A stretch of DNA of 64,000 bases from Phoronis australis. Lineage: Eukaryota > Animalia > Phoronida. The translations under genes were made by a program, and so were the position numbers. Below the pieces are notes generated by a model. That model made no database searches and was not told the origin of the DNA. It saw only the letters and a list, made by a program, of their open reading frames with translations. The stretch spans positions 369,057-433,056 of the forward strand of contig NMRA01000381.1 of the NCBI GenBank assembly GCA_002633005.1, in the 5' to 3' direction. Below are positions 37,401 through 51,209 of this stretch, piece by piece. Each line of letters begins with the position of its first letter. The stretch's first letter is position 1.

Positions 37401-40400
37401 CTGGCCAATAGGTGAACGACAAGCACATAAATTAATTATTGCTAACGGCGTTAATTAGTTCTTAGCGACGTAAATTAATTGCTTGTGGAGCAAATGAACT
37501 TTTAACAGTGTTAATTAATTATTAACGTGGCAAATTAAACTTAATTTACGCGCGTAATTTACGCACGTAAATAATTAATTCACACCGCAAATTAATTATT
37601 TTCTCGTCCAATAACCGCCGGTTTTACAATTCGCGAAGTTTGCGATTGTACCACTGATGAGCTCATCGGTTGCAAGAACGATACGAAAGCCATGGTTTGG
37701 ACCTCCCTCTCTCTTCATTCCATTCTCGAATTCTTTGTTTCCCGTTCCATATGCGATAAATTCTTGCAGCAAGTGAGCCCGCCGCACAGTGTGTTGCTTT
37801 TAGTGAACTTAGCCCTGCTCAAACTAGAGGAAGGTAACCTTCGCCTTATACACTGCTTTTAGTATTGATTAAAAAATCAACTTTCACATTAAATAGGACA
37901 CTGTTTCGACGTGAAGCGTGCGTATAACACAACATGTATGGTTCACGTTTCGCTGAACATTTAGTATGAAATGTTCGTTTCTTTTGGGCGCACTCATGCC
38001 GTTTCACTTTTGTTATCTTGAAGCTGTTGCTCCGAAAACACATCATTGTGTGAAACGGGGTATCCCACTGTAATAGCCACATTATCTGAACAGCGCTCAA
38101 TATACCTTTAATTAAACGCACGTCGAATATCGTCTAGATGTAAAATAGAACCAACCCACAAGCCTGCTTTTATTTACAACAAAAACAAAAAGATACTAAC
38201 TGCTATCTTTCTGCAATCTCCAAGCGTCATAGCAGCAACAAATGCAACAGTGGTAGTAACCAGTGCAATCAACACAGCCTCCAGAATCCTGCAAAAAAAC
38301 TCGTGGTGGTGGGCGAAGACATTTAAAACTAGTTAAAAACTATTGAAATGCACATTCATTTTTTCATTTCATACGAAACTCGAGACGAACTACATCACAA
38401 CAATGGGAAAGGGTAACCATCCAAAGGGTGGCAACAGTTCAATGAATGCGTCTCTAAATTCCAGCTGTGATCCCCTAAAACCCCACTCACGGATCAGCAG
38501 ACACCAAGCCCGCTGTACAAATCCCTGCACAGTTTGCTGTCCCAAAACTCCGATAAACGCGCCGAGAATGGTTCATACCCCACGGTGACCAATCTCCGGG
38601 CACTGCGTGTTTAGTGTCTATTGCCGGGGACGACTGACAGCTGGAATTTAGAGGAGCAGCCATAAACTGTTCACACCCTTTCATATCTACTCGTGGAAGT
38701 AGTCCACATGTCTCCACTTGTTTAGCGTGGAAGTAGTCCACATGTTTTCACTTGTTTGGCGTGGAAGTAGTCCACATGTTTCTACTTATTTGGCGTCACT
38801 GCGTTTGAACGTGCACCTGAAGCGCACCACGCACAACTTACCTTATCACCTTGTGGCGTCTATGTATGTGTCTCATTCTATACACCGTTAGTCGTTCGTT
38901 CAATACATTGAACAAGGCTCCCAACAGTCCTCCCACAAATCCCATGACCAAGAACACGAGTAAGTCGACGGCCGACCAAAGATGGCATTCTCCCACGGAC
39001 GAACTCTCGCACTGTAAGCCGTGAAAATGGTGGAATGTACAGGTGAGGTGCCCAAACACTTAAAGACACAACTCTTTTGCAGCGGTGTCTAATACCACTG
39101 AATGAAACATGTCAACAAGAGCAACACAAGGTTGAAATGCACCTACAACTGCACAGCAAACGTTATACTTCTCTGGGTGTTCAGTATCATGTAAATTAGA
39201 CTAACTTGGTCGGAACGGGAAATCGACTGTTGTTGGTGCTTACCAGCCATAAACCTCTATGTCAAGGTCCATTAAGAATTTGTCATGCCATTTTGACCAA
39301 AGGGACATACAATATCCAGTCAATGACCAAAATGTCCAAAGTTAGTACCACGGTCGCCAAATATGCATGAAATTCGACTGGTGCTGGCGCATTCCCACCA
39401 ACTATACCCATATACATTTCTTCAAAATTTGTTCCAGTCGCTTCGCCGATAATAAAACAAGGACTTGTAGTCAAAAAAATTAAACGGACAACTGGGACTG
39501 CCACAGTACTTGAATCCGCTCAAAAATCGACTGACTACGGGTTAGGCTATTCTCATCATATACCTTTAAGTTTCGTTCAGTCATTGCTCCGAAAACTAAA
39601 ACGGCCAACAGGTGGTGTCATGATAGTCGAATCCATCCGAAAAATCGATTGACTCAATCTTGCCATATAAGTTTTTATTACGATCTGAATGCAAACGTGT
39701 CAATAAGGAGCGCCACAAGGGGCGCCGCAGTCATCGAACACACTCGAAAATCAACCTCAGTCGTGGTCTCCTTAAGAGGAGCACAGAGGCAAACTAGTGC
39801 CAAAAACAGCGCAGAGCAGAATTGGCATATCTGTCTGAAAATGGGAAGGCGTTGTCGTCTCCTTAATAGAAACCTATTAACTTGCAATATGCTACCAGAT
39901 ATGTATACGTTGGCGCATAAAATGGATATTGTCCCTTGAAGTATTCCCAACGTAAATGAAACTGCATGTTCTAAGTATCTCTCAATAATTCTGATGTTGA
40001 ATCACGTTGGTTGAGAGATACTCTAAGAACACATTGGCGACCATAGATGTTTAATATATCCAGTCCCAACTTTTTATTCCTAAGGTCCAGGAAAATGTTA
40101 GAGGTCAAAAGTAGAATATTAATGGTGTTTAAAATGTAGATTGTTGGAGTAACCTCACCGTTGTACAGGTGGGTATACGTTCGTATGCGCACATAGGTTT
40201 GTTACACACATAACTTAACAAAATTTGAAGAAATCAAATCTTCCATAATTTTAATTACAACAAGTGGTATAATTGCTCTTGCCTTAAAGACGCCGAAGTT
40301 AATGAGACCAGGTGAATAAAAGTTGCCCCAAGAATGTTCGTTGATTCCGGAAAGGAAGAAATTCAAGGAGAATGTAGCAGCCATGGAACAAAAGAACTGG

Positions 40401-43400
40401 AAAAGAGGCAAAATATTGAAAAGTCAAGTGGTTTAGCATGAGAAATTGACAATACAACGTTATAATCTCGAGCTTAATTTAATTGCTGTTTGACCTACAC
40501 ACATCTCTAAATATAAAAACATTGATCAAAAAACGGACAATCGTCGCACAAATGAAAAGTTCATGTTAATTCAGCGTTTGGTCTATTCAGTAAACATCAT
40601 CAGGTTATATACAATAAGACATCAAGACATATTGTATATAACCTGATGATGTCTAATGAATAGACGAAACGTCGAATCAACATCAACTATTTTATTTGTG
40701 CGGCGATTGTCCTACTATGGCCAAAAACTGATACACACACAGTACCAAAGTAAAATGGCAAACTTCAAAACTGCTCTTGGATATGTTACTGAGCTGACCC
40801 GCCTGAGGTTACAGCGAGACTGAAAAAGATTATGCGTGCTCCCAAAAACGTAACACCAGTGATACACACGTCGCAAGTAATGTAGTCCAGGTAACAGAGT
40901 TTACCGTTCTCCAAGTCAGCTTTTGATTCCAAAAGGAGGAGCCTTCTTCAAGACTAAACAGAACACCACCTATCGGAGCACCAAAGGCAGCTGGGAAATA
41001 AATAAAGATGTCGCTGTCAGTAAGATACTGACGTTGATGACTAAGTACACTAGAGTGTGGCATGTAGGCACAAACTTTATCAAAGATGAAGATCGCTAAA
41101 ATTCAACCAGAACATTTAAACGCAGTTCGTCAAGTTCGTTAATATGTAAGCATACATTGATTTCAAAAACAAACAATAATGAAAATATAGATATCCTGAT
41201 GCCGGATTTGACTCACCAAAAATCACACAGAAGCTGAAAAAATATTTTTATTTACCGGCAACGCCAGCGGCAGCTCCACCCGAGACAAAATCCCGCTTAT
41301 CTCTGTCGGTACGAAAGAAGGAATAGTGCAAGTTGAGTTGTCTGAATGCTATGCTCTGAAACTGAAATACAACAGGAAATTTAAGTTGGCATTTGATATT
41401 CTGTCTGACTTCAAAGTAATATCTCCAGAAAAACACACGTAGAATACATCCGACAGAATCCGTGCGACTTTAATATTGTCGGCTATAAACCGATCCGACA
41501 GAATGCGTGTGACGTTAATATTGACGGCTATAAACCCACTTCCCATCACAAAAACAGCTTTTGATTTCGACCACTTATCGTAAAGAACCTGATCTCAATT
41601 TGCTGCTCATTTATTGGCGATTTCCAGGCTTTGAAAGAACTGGAAGTTGGTTATCTCTCCACACCAAGTTAATAAAATTTCAGGTTTTGTCATGACCTAA
41701 AATTTTCTGAACTTTTATCTGAAGAAATAAAGAACTGCAAGTTCTTTCCGAGTCCATAAATCGGTTCTAAACCGAGTAAGGAACAAGACAATGCCAATTT
41801 TATAACACCAAGGGCTTAAACCGAAATCATTTTTTTGTCAGAAAGTACGGGTCCGCTCTGTTTAACTGGCATTTTTTGATCATGAAACCTCTCTCAAGAT
41901 TTATAACCGTGGTAGAATCCTATTTCTGTTACCAGTTCTAGTCACCAGCAATGCGTAGATTCGCCATTTCCAAATTTTGCAAATTTTAGAGTTGGCCAAC
42001 CCAATAAGCGTAATTTTCGAGAGTAGCTGATGGTTTCAACGTTCTTGTTGGTAACGGAAATTGAACTCTTTCAGAGTAAGGAATAATACGAGACCGATTT
42101 TAGGATAGTGAACGTCCCAATTCGATTTTCATGTTTTAGCCAGTTAAACAGGGCCAAACATAATTTCAAGCAGTAAAATAGTAAATGAAACTCACACTTT
42201 CCATCAAAAAATTGAAAAAGCAACTTTCATTCGCCTATATCTCCTTCAAAATACCATATAACCCATGGTGTTCGTAATTAAGACCTCGGTATCTTAGATT
42301 TTTAAAGGCGCGCAATTCAACAAATAGTGTAGATGGTCGATGAAGGTGTAAATGGCGATATCTGTCTTTGCAATATTTCGTTTTCACAAAAAGACGCAAC
42401 ATCCCGTTCACAATGAGGTGCTTATGACCATCTTTGCTACGCCGAGGCGAACGCCTTAGCATAATTAAGAGGGCCATTTTTATATATTTATAAATATCAA
42501 TGCAACTACCCAAAAACGAATCATTACATTTGAGTACGAGACGGCCTCTTGGCAATCATGGTACCCAGTTGTATCACAAAGTGACCCGTGACAGGCCAGG
42601 ACTCACCTGTGGAACCCCTGAACCAATGATTGCTCCGCTGTGAATCATGGGACCCTCTTTGCCAACAAATAAACCTAGAAAAAGACAATACCAATGATTA
42701 TGCACAACTTTTGTTTTTCTAGCTTTGGAAGACACCACAGGGATGGTGAAATTGAACCAGTGGTGGTATTTAGAGGGATCTGCAGGCTTATATCCCAAAT
42801 ACCAAATTGTTGAAACAAATTAAAACCATTTGGAGAAAGTTAGCGGGTAGACAAATTTCACAAAAGGAACATTTATGGTCACGAAGGTTCAGATTAAATT
42901 AGGGGCGTCCACTCTTGCTGTATTGCTACACTAAAGGACCACAAAGTACTTCAATGTCTGTCAATAGCCAGACCATCCTCTGGTCATGATCTTGAATCCG
43001 CATCCGTCTACAGAGCCGCATTTAACATTTACACGAGGCGCACATGACACGGAGCAATGACACGGAACAGCTGATCGGGCGCAAGTATGCGAGTAAACAC
43101 GACTGACACGGAGCAAACTGACACCGCGGCGGCCATTTTTGCAACCGGTTTGAGCGGTAGAGCAAGTTAGTTGCACTCAATCAGTTGCCTCGGTGTCAAA
43201 AACACGTTCAAACACAAATTGTGGCAAAGACCACAGTTTGAGTGGCTGGTTTTGACTTTCGCCAAGGTAAATCTGAACATACACAAACTGTCTTCGTGTA
43301 ATGAACTTCCGTGCTGATCCAATTTTCGATAACATCGTGCAAATGCGACTACAGAGGAGCAACTCGCGCCGTGCCAGGTGTTCCTCGTGTAAAAATGACT

Positions 43401-46400
43401 TCTATTTATGTGGCATGCTCGAGGGCGGGGGTTGTAGCCCCCGAAGATGAGGAATAAAGTACTATCGTTAGGTTTCCTCGCCTACAACATTTACCTCGCT
43501 GTCGCGTCATCATTAATGTGAGGTTTTCTGTTGGCAAATTTTAAAGCTACCGCTGCAGGGATTCTGAGCTTCGCTTTAAGATAAAAATGACCTCCTAATA
43601 GCACGACACTGTGTACAATATCCCGTGTATGGGAACATATCCAAGTCTTCACACAACGTTACCTCCTGCGACGCTAAACAAGACACCAACGGCCTTTGAC
43701 AACAAAGTCTTCAGCCTGACCACGTGCGGCACTTTCACACCATTCAAATAACATTTAATTTCTGGGATCCCGGACCCTGCTGCCACAGGCTAATGGAAAA
43801 AAATAAAGTAAGCTTATAACACCCACTTTTCCACCGACACCGCCACTATTTATCACAGCTGTCATCAGGACGCTGAAGTGGCAACCATTGTTCTCTCTAC
43901 ACTAAAACTCTAGTAGTCTATAGGACACTGTGAACAAACCTTCAGTTTTTTGAGACAAATAAAATTCGCAAGGGCCATAAAAACTCACAGACCGCTGTCC
44001 CAGAGGCTTTTTGGGCAGACGCAATTCATTTTCTTGTTTACAACAGTGTTCACGTAGGTATTTCCATTCTCAAAAATAGCCATCAGGGCCCGGTCTCCAA
44101 TCTCTGTACTCAGACTCGAATCATGCTCAAACTCACACTTCATACTCAACTCGAGTACAGACTCAGCTTTGGTGTATTCAATGTCATACTCGAAAAATCT
44201 GTACTCGAAATTTCGAGCACGTACTCAGTTTTCGAGTGTACTCGAACTGAAGTGTATCTCATCTATATTTCGAGTACGATTTTGAGTAAAAATTCGGAGT
44301 CTATGCTCAAATTTCAAGTTTGGTATGGCAGTGTGCTTGAAATCGTACTCGAAAATAAATACGAGCCAGAGAACAAAATATCGAAAGGGAACCAAGAAAC
44401 ACAGCAAATCTAAAAAAACAAGTCCTCTTACCGTATCTCAGCACTTCAATTTCAGTTCAGAGATAATAGTTTTCATCTTAAATCTTCTTATTCTTCACTT
44501 TATTAACCCGCCGTATCACTGTATGTTATGGCCACCATTCTACCTCTACAATTCCTGGCAACAGGCGCATTATAATCCCTTGTCGGCGAGTCATAACAAG
44601 CGTTGAAAGCAGTTGTGGGAAAAGTCGTGTGAGAAGTTTGTGCTGCCCTTATTTAGGTATGCGTGCCTACGTTTTGTAGGGTTTCCAAAAGACTAGGAGG
44701 GGAGGGAAGTTCGCTTCCCTGTCAGGTACATTTCTCATCATAACTTAGTCATCTATAATTCCTCAATCCCCAAATGGAATTCCAGATTTTGTTTGCCGAT
44801 TTCTAAGTAGACGTCTTGTCCCGTTCACTGCCACTGGTGAACTCTGAATGCCTGCACAAGTATTGTTTTTTTAACTCACGTGCCAAATGTCAACTCACTT
44901 GATACATCCCAGTAAAATACAAAGATACAGTATCAAAGTTTGACATCAGCGTAGGCCTACACAGCAATGGGTTTATGTCAAGACTAAATTAGCAACAGAG
45001 ATGTGATGTGATAAGCTGTTACATATTTCTTAAGACATTTTCGGGACTGGGTAAGGAATTCAAGAAGTAAAGCCTAATAATTGCCAAATGTATCAAAGAA
45101 ATGGCATACGAATATTTATTGAAACTAAAACATGAATAACAGTTACAGAACACTCAGAATTCCACGTGATAGACATACTATTGTAGTTGTAGCGACAGCA
45201 GACGATAATGTAGGCCTAGTTCTTGGGGTGGTCTATTCCAATAGGGAGCGATGAATCAGCGCGGCTTTGCGTGATTTTGCATTTCACATCATAAAGAGTT
45301 CCTTAGCAACTCGAGTATGAGTGTCAGATTTGAGTACGTTTGGAGTCTATTCGAAACACGACATTAGATACGCTTTTTTGAGTACGACTCCAGTGAGCAC
45401 GATTTTGAGTATGAAATCTCGAGTATGAGTATGAGTCTGAGTACGGAGATTGGAGACCGGGCCCTGGCAGAGTACGGACTTGTGGATGAGGTGAGGGGAG
45501 CCATATGAGAATGGCACTCAAAACGGAACCAAGTGGATCAGCTTAGCGACAAGTCTGCTTAATGCACTGAGTCAAACTTGACCACCATAAAATTGATATC
45601 GCCCATTTTTCAAGAGGGATTTTGCGTCTAAGGGCTCTTTTCGGAAAAGTGACGGCGCTCTTTCGGAAAATTACATAGCCAGTGACAACGGCGACCTCAT
45701 TCAGTAGTGAGCTTTAAACGTGCTGTAAGAGAGTGTTTGTGGATGGCATTAGAAAATTCCGGCAGTGATTTGTTATTACGTAGTTCTCAGTCCTTTGGCT
45801 TTTTTATCGTGGACTATAAAACGACTGTTTTGAAATCGAGTATCGAATGTAAAATGCATGTAAGCCTACGCTTGAGTACTCTTAGACATCCCGCTGAGCA
45901 GAATATAAGTCGCCGTTGTTTCGGACTCTTTGGTTAAAGATGGAACGGTTACCTGTACTGACAACACCGGTCACGGACTTGAAGCACTTCACTGTGTTGG
46001 CGTTTGGCTTCAATAAGAGCATGCAGACCGGCGACGCCTCCAATAAACTTGAACTTCTAAAGTGAGTGCCAGGCATGCGAAACGAGCCCGGAAAAACCCC
46101 ATGGATGCTTTTCGGTCATATTTTCCCGAAAGAGCCTCCATGAGGGCTTTGCGCTGATGGGGCCTCGGTATCTTGTTCTCAACAAGTGGGACCACATTTG
46201 ATTTTCTCAATGCATATTACGTTACCGGCAGCCCACGAACATTGGCTGAGACAACCCACGCAGTATTTCATTGACTGGGACAATGTAATGAAACTAATGC
46301 ATGGCGTCAAGATCGAGGTACGTATAAACGTAATGAAAAAGGACCCATGCGCGCACCCAGCCTTCAATATGGGGGGGGGGGGTGGTGGTGCTCGAATTCC

Positions 46401-49400
46401 TGACGTTGTGGACCTTTTGGTAACAAAAAAGCCGGCGGATTAAAAAACGGGGGCGGGCACCACGGATAATTGCGCGCTTGTGCTTGTTTAGTGGACTTTT
46501 GTCTCATTTCCTCGGACTTTTTGTTTCTCGGAGGCGGACATTTTTGCCCACTTCGCCAAATGAGGGGGCTCGTTCAAGCCCCCCGAGCTCCCCTAGGTGT
46601 GCGCATGGGACCCTTAGTGTTCCAAGAAAATGAACGACTATTTTCTGAATATTTGTGTAACAAATATTTACTCTAACCAGAGAACTCAGCACAAATTGCA
46701 GGAACAGTAACAGAAATGTTACATAAGTAAATTTACGTTAACGCGAGAACGCCAATTGTCTTCTGACTGACCTCTTGCATTCCTGTCTGGAACGGCCAGT
46801 GGGCTGCATCGGAGAAAATAACAGTACCTGATTATACAGAGGTCATCGTGGCTGAATGTATTTGCTATATGAATGATGACCGTATAACTTTACACATGCT
46901 GAAACTGTCTAGTATTGTTCTTTCAAGGGGTCGTGCCGCGAAAACAGTTTCTACAATATTACCTCGTTTGCTGGTCTGTGCCGATTTTGTTCTTTTTGTT
47001 TGTCAAGGAAATCCACCGTACAAAATGTTTGAATATTGAGAAATTTGGGTTTAGCAATTGCTTTTGCTTTGTTCTGACTAGTATTTTAATTCTCAAATTT
47101 TGACCATGATGTTCATTTCGGAGTTGTCAGTCGAGGCATTTCCAGCGAACCAATTATTTGCAAGTGTACAAGTGTTCATTTGTAAACACTGAAACGATCC
47201 CAATCCCATGTAGGCTTATTAAGTTCTTACCGATCAGATTACCTCAGCTGAAGTTGGGTTTGACCGCGTGTCTGGCGGGAGCAAAATCGACAGGAATTGT
47301 ATAATAGTGTTCATTCATCGCCGCACTGAGGATGTGAATGTGACTGGTTAGACGTGGTTACTTCGTGGACGCTTGATGTGGCTCATTTTGAGGTTTGCGC
47401 CAATTGCGCGTCTGGCAAAGTTAACCAACCACCGAAGTGTTCGTTCACCACACACGCAGGGCTTCTGCGAAATTTTGCAACTGGTTTTGTTGGGCTGCCG
47501 GTTGAGTTGATCATTTTTTTGGCCCAAGTAATGATCGACTGTCTCATGCCCATCAAAATCAAGTTGTCAGGTAGGACTACAAGTTCATTTTCACGCGAGT
47601 AGTATTAAGGCCTACCGCATGTTTACAGGAGATAACCAGCTTAAAGTTCGAGTGTCGTTCTACGGTGACTTCCTTGATCACATCCACCAGACAGTGAACC
47701 AACCAGGTATTGATTCCCGAGCATGAGGATACCTATGAAACACTGTGACAACCAAGAACACTGGTTACCTGTTCACGCCCATAAACTTGAACGAGGCCTC
47801 TGGGTCTATTATGCTCAAAATCACCAAGAACGCATTCGCAGTACACGAAACAAGCAATAGGTCTACTATCAATTTATAATGCGGTAAAACAACAACCGAG
47901 AAAATCGGACGAATAACAATTATTAGTTTTATTCTAAACAAAAAATCTAGTAAATGAGCATCTTTCTTTGTCGAGTTGCGTCAAATGCAGCAAAATGCAG
48001 CTTCGAACGGACACAACTTCGCAACACATGAAGGCTTAACAGTCAAACATGTCACAGAAAAATGCCATTCCTTCAACTTTCGAAAGACTAGTTACAAAAA
48101 AGTCTAAATTTCATTTCTTCGAGGCACTATGCAACTTCAACGTTCTTGTAATGCCAAGAAACCAAAGCGACAGTTACCTCAATGGCAGTGAGAATACTTG
48201 CGATTGTGACGAAGCCGGCATTGAAAAGTAACAACCACAACAAGGAAAGCACCAAGCATCCATGTTCGGAGCAATACAAAATGTCTGGTTACAAGTTAAG
48301 GCTCAAGTTGGCAACATAAACATGAAACTGTAGAAGTATCAAGATAAGTTAAAACGCGGAAATACACGAAGAGCCGGCAACTCTTTCGTGAAAGGATACT
48401 GTTCTCCACTGTATCATATTTTACTTTAAACAGCTGCTTAACAATGGCGTCGATAAATAAGGCCACCTGAAGAAATGAATAAAACCTTATTATAAATTAA
48501 ACTGTTGAATAATTTAACTCGCGATGACTTGAAACACACGGCCGTGCCACGGTCAGGAAAATTCCCATCGTTTCCTGGCGAGCATCAAACTCAGAAAGTT
48601 AAAACTGATACAATATAGGGTACAATTGACTTTCACTCACACCGCTGTTTTCTCAGACACAAAAACGTGACGAGACTGTAGCATCTTTGGGATCTTAAAA
48701 ATGACACAAGATTCCGTGTGCAGCAACAAAAAAGCAGTGTAACAAAAGGAAACAGATCGCGACTGCTTAGTGCTCAGACTAAGTGGCTGAACATATTAAT
48801 GTGCCCATTTAAGAAATCTAATGTGGACGAAAGTTTTTTCATCGCGAATAAGCATATGTCCACTGCGTAAAAGTACAAAGTCTTTTAAGTAAAAGACGAA
48901 TTTCTAATTAGTGTTTGCTTTAGAACAATGTTAGGCGATGAATAACCGGCAACTGAAAGTATATTCTGTTTTCTTGAAGTACGAGTCTTTTTAAATGTTT
49001 GGTGTATGTAACAAAATAATTCAGCGTTATTCGTACTTGCGTGTGTGTGATGTTCGTTTACTACATTCCACTATTTAAAGGGAAGATGGCATGTACCAAT
49101 CAATTATTTATTATCAACATAATGGCAGAGTTTATGAACTGCTTTCCAAAATTCTAATTGGTAAAAAATGGTCGCATAACACGTCATCAAAAGGGTTTAA
49201 TTTGTATAGTGAATGTGATGTTAAGCAAATATGTCTAATAAAAGCACTTTACTATAGATGGCATGGAATTCGACAGAACAATATCAGGGTGACAGGAGAG
49301 AGATACCGGTAGTTATCATTTCTAGTTACTTACCAGAGCAGTTAAAAATCCAATGAGAAAAGTTACAAACCACCTGATGATTTCCAGCTTCTGAGTAAAC

Positions 49401-51209
49401 CACTGCAACGAAAGTACAACAGCCGCAGTGCAGACATCGGTCTATTTGGATAACAACTCATTCCTACCAAGTGACTCGAGAATATGTAGAACAACAAAAA
49501 CCTAAAAATGTGACAGTACTTGTCCCATTTTTAAAAAAACTATTTCAAAAACACAATCATGCCAATGGACGTCGAACAAACAAAGACAGGTATCGTCATT
49601 CAGTATCAAACAAGCTCAGTAAACTGAGTTCTAAAGTACTGGGTATGAGGTCCAAGTATTTGTAGCAATCTCACCTTTTCCTGGTTAAGCTTCCCTATCA
49701 TAACATTGTAGGGGTAGTTATGACAACGGTCATAATTAAGACTCTGAAATTACGAACAAAATCATAAAAATAGTAGGAATAGTATAATTGTCATCTAACA
49801 GCATTTTGAAAAATAAAACATGCAATAACTTCATCAGGAGAGTTAACTTTCCTTGAGAAAAAGTAAGTCTCGATTTTAACAACCCAGCTCTTGGCCTTAA
49901 ATGTAAGTCTCGATTTTAACAACCAAGCTCTTGGCCTTAAAAGTAAGTCTCGATTTTATCAACCCAGCTCTTGCTGGCTATAAATGTAAGTCTCGATTTT
50001 AACAACCAAGCTCTTGGCCTTAAATGTAAGTCTCGATTTTAACAACCAAGCTCTTGGCCTTAAATGTAAGTCTCGATTTTAACAACCCAGCTCTTGGCCT
50101 TAAATGTAAGTCTCCATTTTAACAACCCAGCTCTTGGCCTTAAATGTAACTCTCGATTTTAACAACCCAGCTCTTGACAATTACGAAATGGGAAGTGGCA
50201 CATCATCGCAACCAAACATTTCATATAAAATGCTATGAATCTGACACTATTCAAAAGAATGGAGGGGTTTGGGAGAGCAACCACAATCTAGTAGAAGTCT
50301 AAATCTCCACTAATTAACGAAAATTTAAGGACATCATCATTTCAATAAGAAGTGTGTGAAATCAAACAGACCTCATAATCCTTCACAGGTAGCAGATTGC
50401 CTTCCACGTGACTCGAAAACAAAGCGGTCTGGAAACAGACAACATTTTACATAAGCATAAGAACAAGAGTCAGAGTACAATTTCTGAATGCAGGCCCATA
50501 GGCTCACTCACTTGTGGCCAGAGACTCGGTATATGCTTTTGCGCAAGTTGATGTGCTGCTTTCGACAAAAGTGGAGCTTAACTTTTCCGTTTATTTCCTT
50601 TCGTTCCAGACTACCAAACAAAACAAATTTATAAATTAGCACATTTGCCGTTTTGCCAACTGGTGCAGCATTAAATTTTGACTCCGTGAATAATGCCTCC
50701 AAGGTTGAAAAACAAGACTTTTGATGGTAGTACTTTAAATGTGTAATTTTCAACAAAGTTGGATGAAAAATGACTCCTCATTGTTGAACATTGTGTTATC
50801 AGGTCATTGAAAATATGTTGGCAAGGGAGACATGTACAAACGACTATTCACTAATTAGCATCGCAAATGGTTTAGGGTCAAGGCCAGGCACGTCGTCCGC
50901 CGTGCGCAAAGGAAGGAGGGAAGGGGGGCATCAAAATTTTACATCATACTAACTTCATTGTATGCTTATTCTTTATAATAACATGGGTCAAACTACTATA
51001 ATAAGCAATATGCAGCAACTTGGAATAGGGCTTGGAGTCGTGCAATGCGCCACGAGGACTGGCTAGCTGTAGCCAGAGCGGTTCACTGTTGACACACTTA
51101 CCCCTTCAGTCTGAATATCCTCACTGTTGTCCCGCTTAGGTACAGAAGTTTCTAATCCATGTTCTAAGTTACTCGAAGAATCTTGGAATCTTCCAAATGC
51201 GGATGACAT
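31437..51209 (-). CDS. CLCN6: H+/Cl- exchange transporter 6 (CLC-6), 22 coding exons, ~803 aa
   Basis: Phase-consistent exons: 51209-51102, 50428-50372, 49743-49675, 49402-49334, 48466-48400, 48284-48178, 43789-43663, 42674-42607, 41361-41256, 40990-40905, 40396-40283, 39011-38842, 38288-38201, 36834-36708, 35537-35384, 34509-34350, 34064-33958, 33672-33513, 32942-32796, 32337-32230, 31778-31653, 31523-31437 (2412 nt). Motifs GSGIP, GKEGP, FSLEE, GLFVP, GLYDIH, two CBS domains; KDYESLNYDRC and ITRHNLT are CLC-6-like. Confidence 0.93.
35640..36600. mobile_element. Degenerate Helentron-associated (HINE-like) repeat in a CLCN6 intron
   Basis: Shares the GTTGAAATGC head, AAATTTCATGAAAATCC core and GGAC microsatellite with 59549-61229; further decayed copies at ~34850-34970 and 39115-39923. 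Confidence 0.55.
37205..37297. repeat. Tandem repeat, ~3 x 32 bp
   Basis: ATTAAGCCAAAAATAATACATGTGAG-like unit. Confidence 0.8.
38692..38796. repeat. Tandem repeat, 3 x 34 bp
   Basis: CGTGGAAGTAGTCCACATGT..CACTTGTTT unit. Confidence 0.9.
40535..40712. ncRNA. Palindromic Penelope-like relic with two opposed minimal hammerhead ribozyme cores
   Basis: ~80-bp inverted arms; + strand CTGATGA-T-GTCTA-ATGAA-TAGAC-GAAA-C-GTC at 40643-40673; the - strand copy has CAAA and GCT at the equivalent positions. Confidence 0.6.
41853..42156. mobile_element. PIF/Harbinger-like MITE
   Basis: Inverted ends CTGTTTAACTGGC / GCCAGTTAAACAGGGCC; its 3' half is homologous to ~27893-28107. Confidence 0.5.
43014..43400. 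mobile_element. MITE, probable PIF/Harbinger
   Basis: Inverted TTTACACGAGG / CCTCGTGTAAA ends with subterminal GACACGG repeats. Confidence 0.45.
44084..45466. mobile_element. Non-autonomous DNA transposon with ~30-bp TIRs and subterminal ACTC/GAGT repeats (PIF/Harbinger-like)
   Basis: CAGGGCCCGGTCTCCAATCTC.GTACTCAGACTC at 44084 is inverted at 45433-45466. Confidence 0.75.
46346..46607 (+). mobile_element. MITE family C
   Basis: CATGCGC...GCGCATG termini; perfect 5-bp TSD GGACC at 46341-46345 and 46608-46612. Confidence 0.8.
48285..48399 (-). other. U12-type (minor spliceosome) intron of CLCN6
   Basis: 5' site GTATCCTTT; branch site GCCTTAAC about 10 nt before the CAG acceptor; no polypyrimidine tract. 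Confidence 0.9.
49859..50176. repeat. Minisatellite, 8 copies of a ~40-bp unit in CLCN6 intron 2
   Basis: AAATGTAAGTCTCGATTTTAACAACC(C/A)AGCTCTTGGCCTT unit. Confidence 0.95.

Noticed and set aside
37654-37695. CTGATGA...GAAA hammerhead candidate
   Set aside because: Stem II does not close properly and there is no stem III or cleavage triplet.
45700-47640. Cluster of 60-85 aa ORFs in CLCN6 intron 6
   Set aside because: No recognisable motif or consistent splice structure; probably decayed mobile DNA that I cannot classify.
50512-50610. Possible extra N-terminal CLCN6 exon with a GTGAGT donor
   Set aside because: The phase 0 reading contains a stop, and exon 1 joins 50428 directly.
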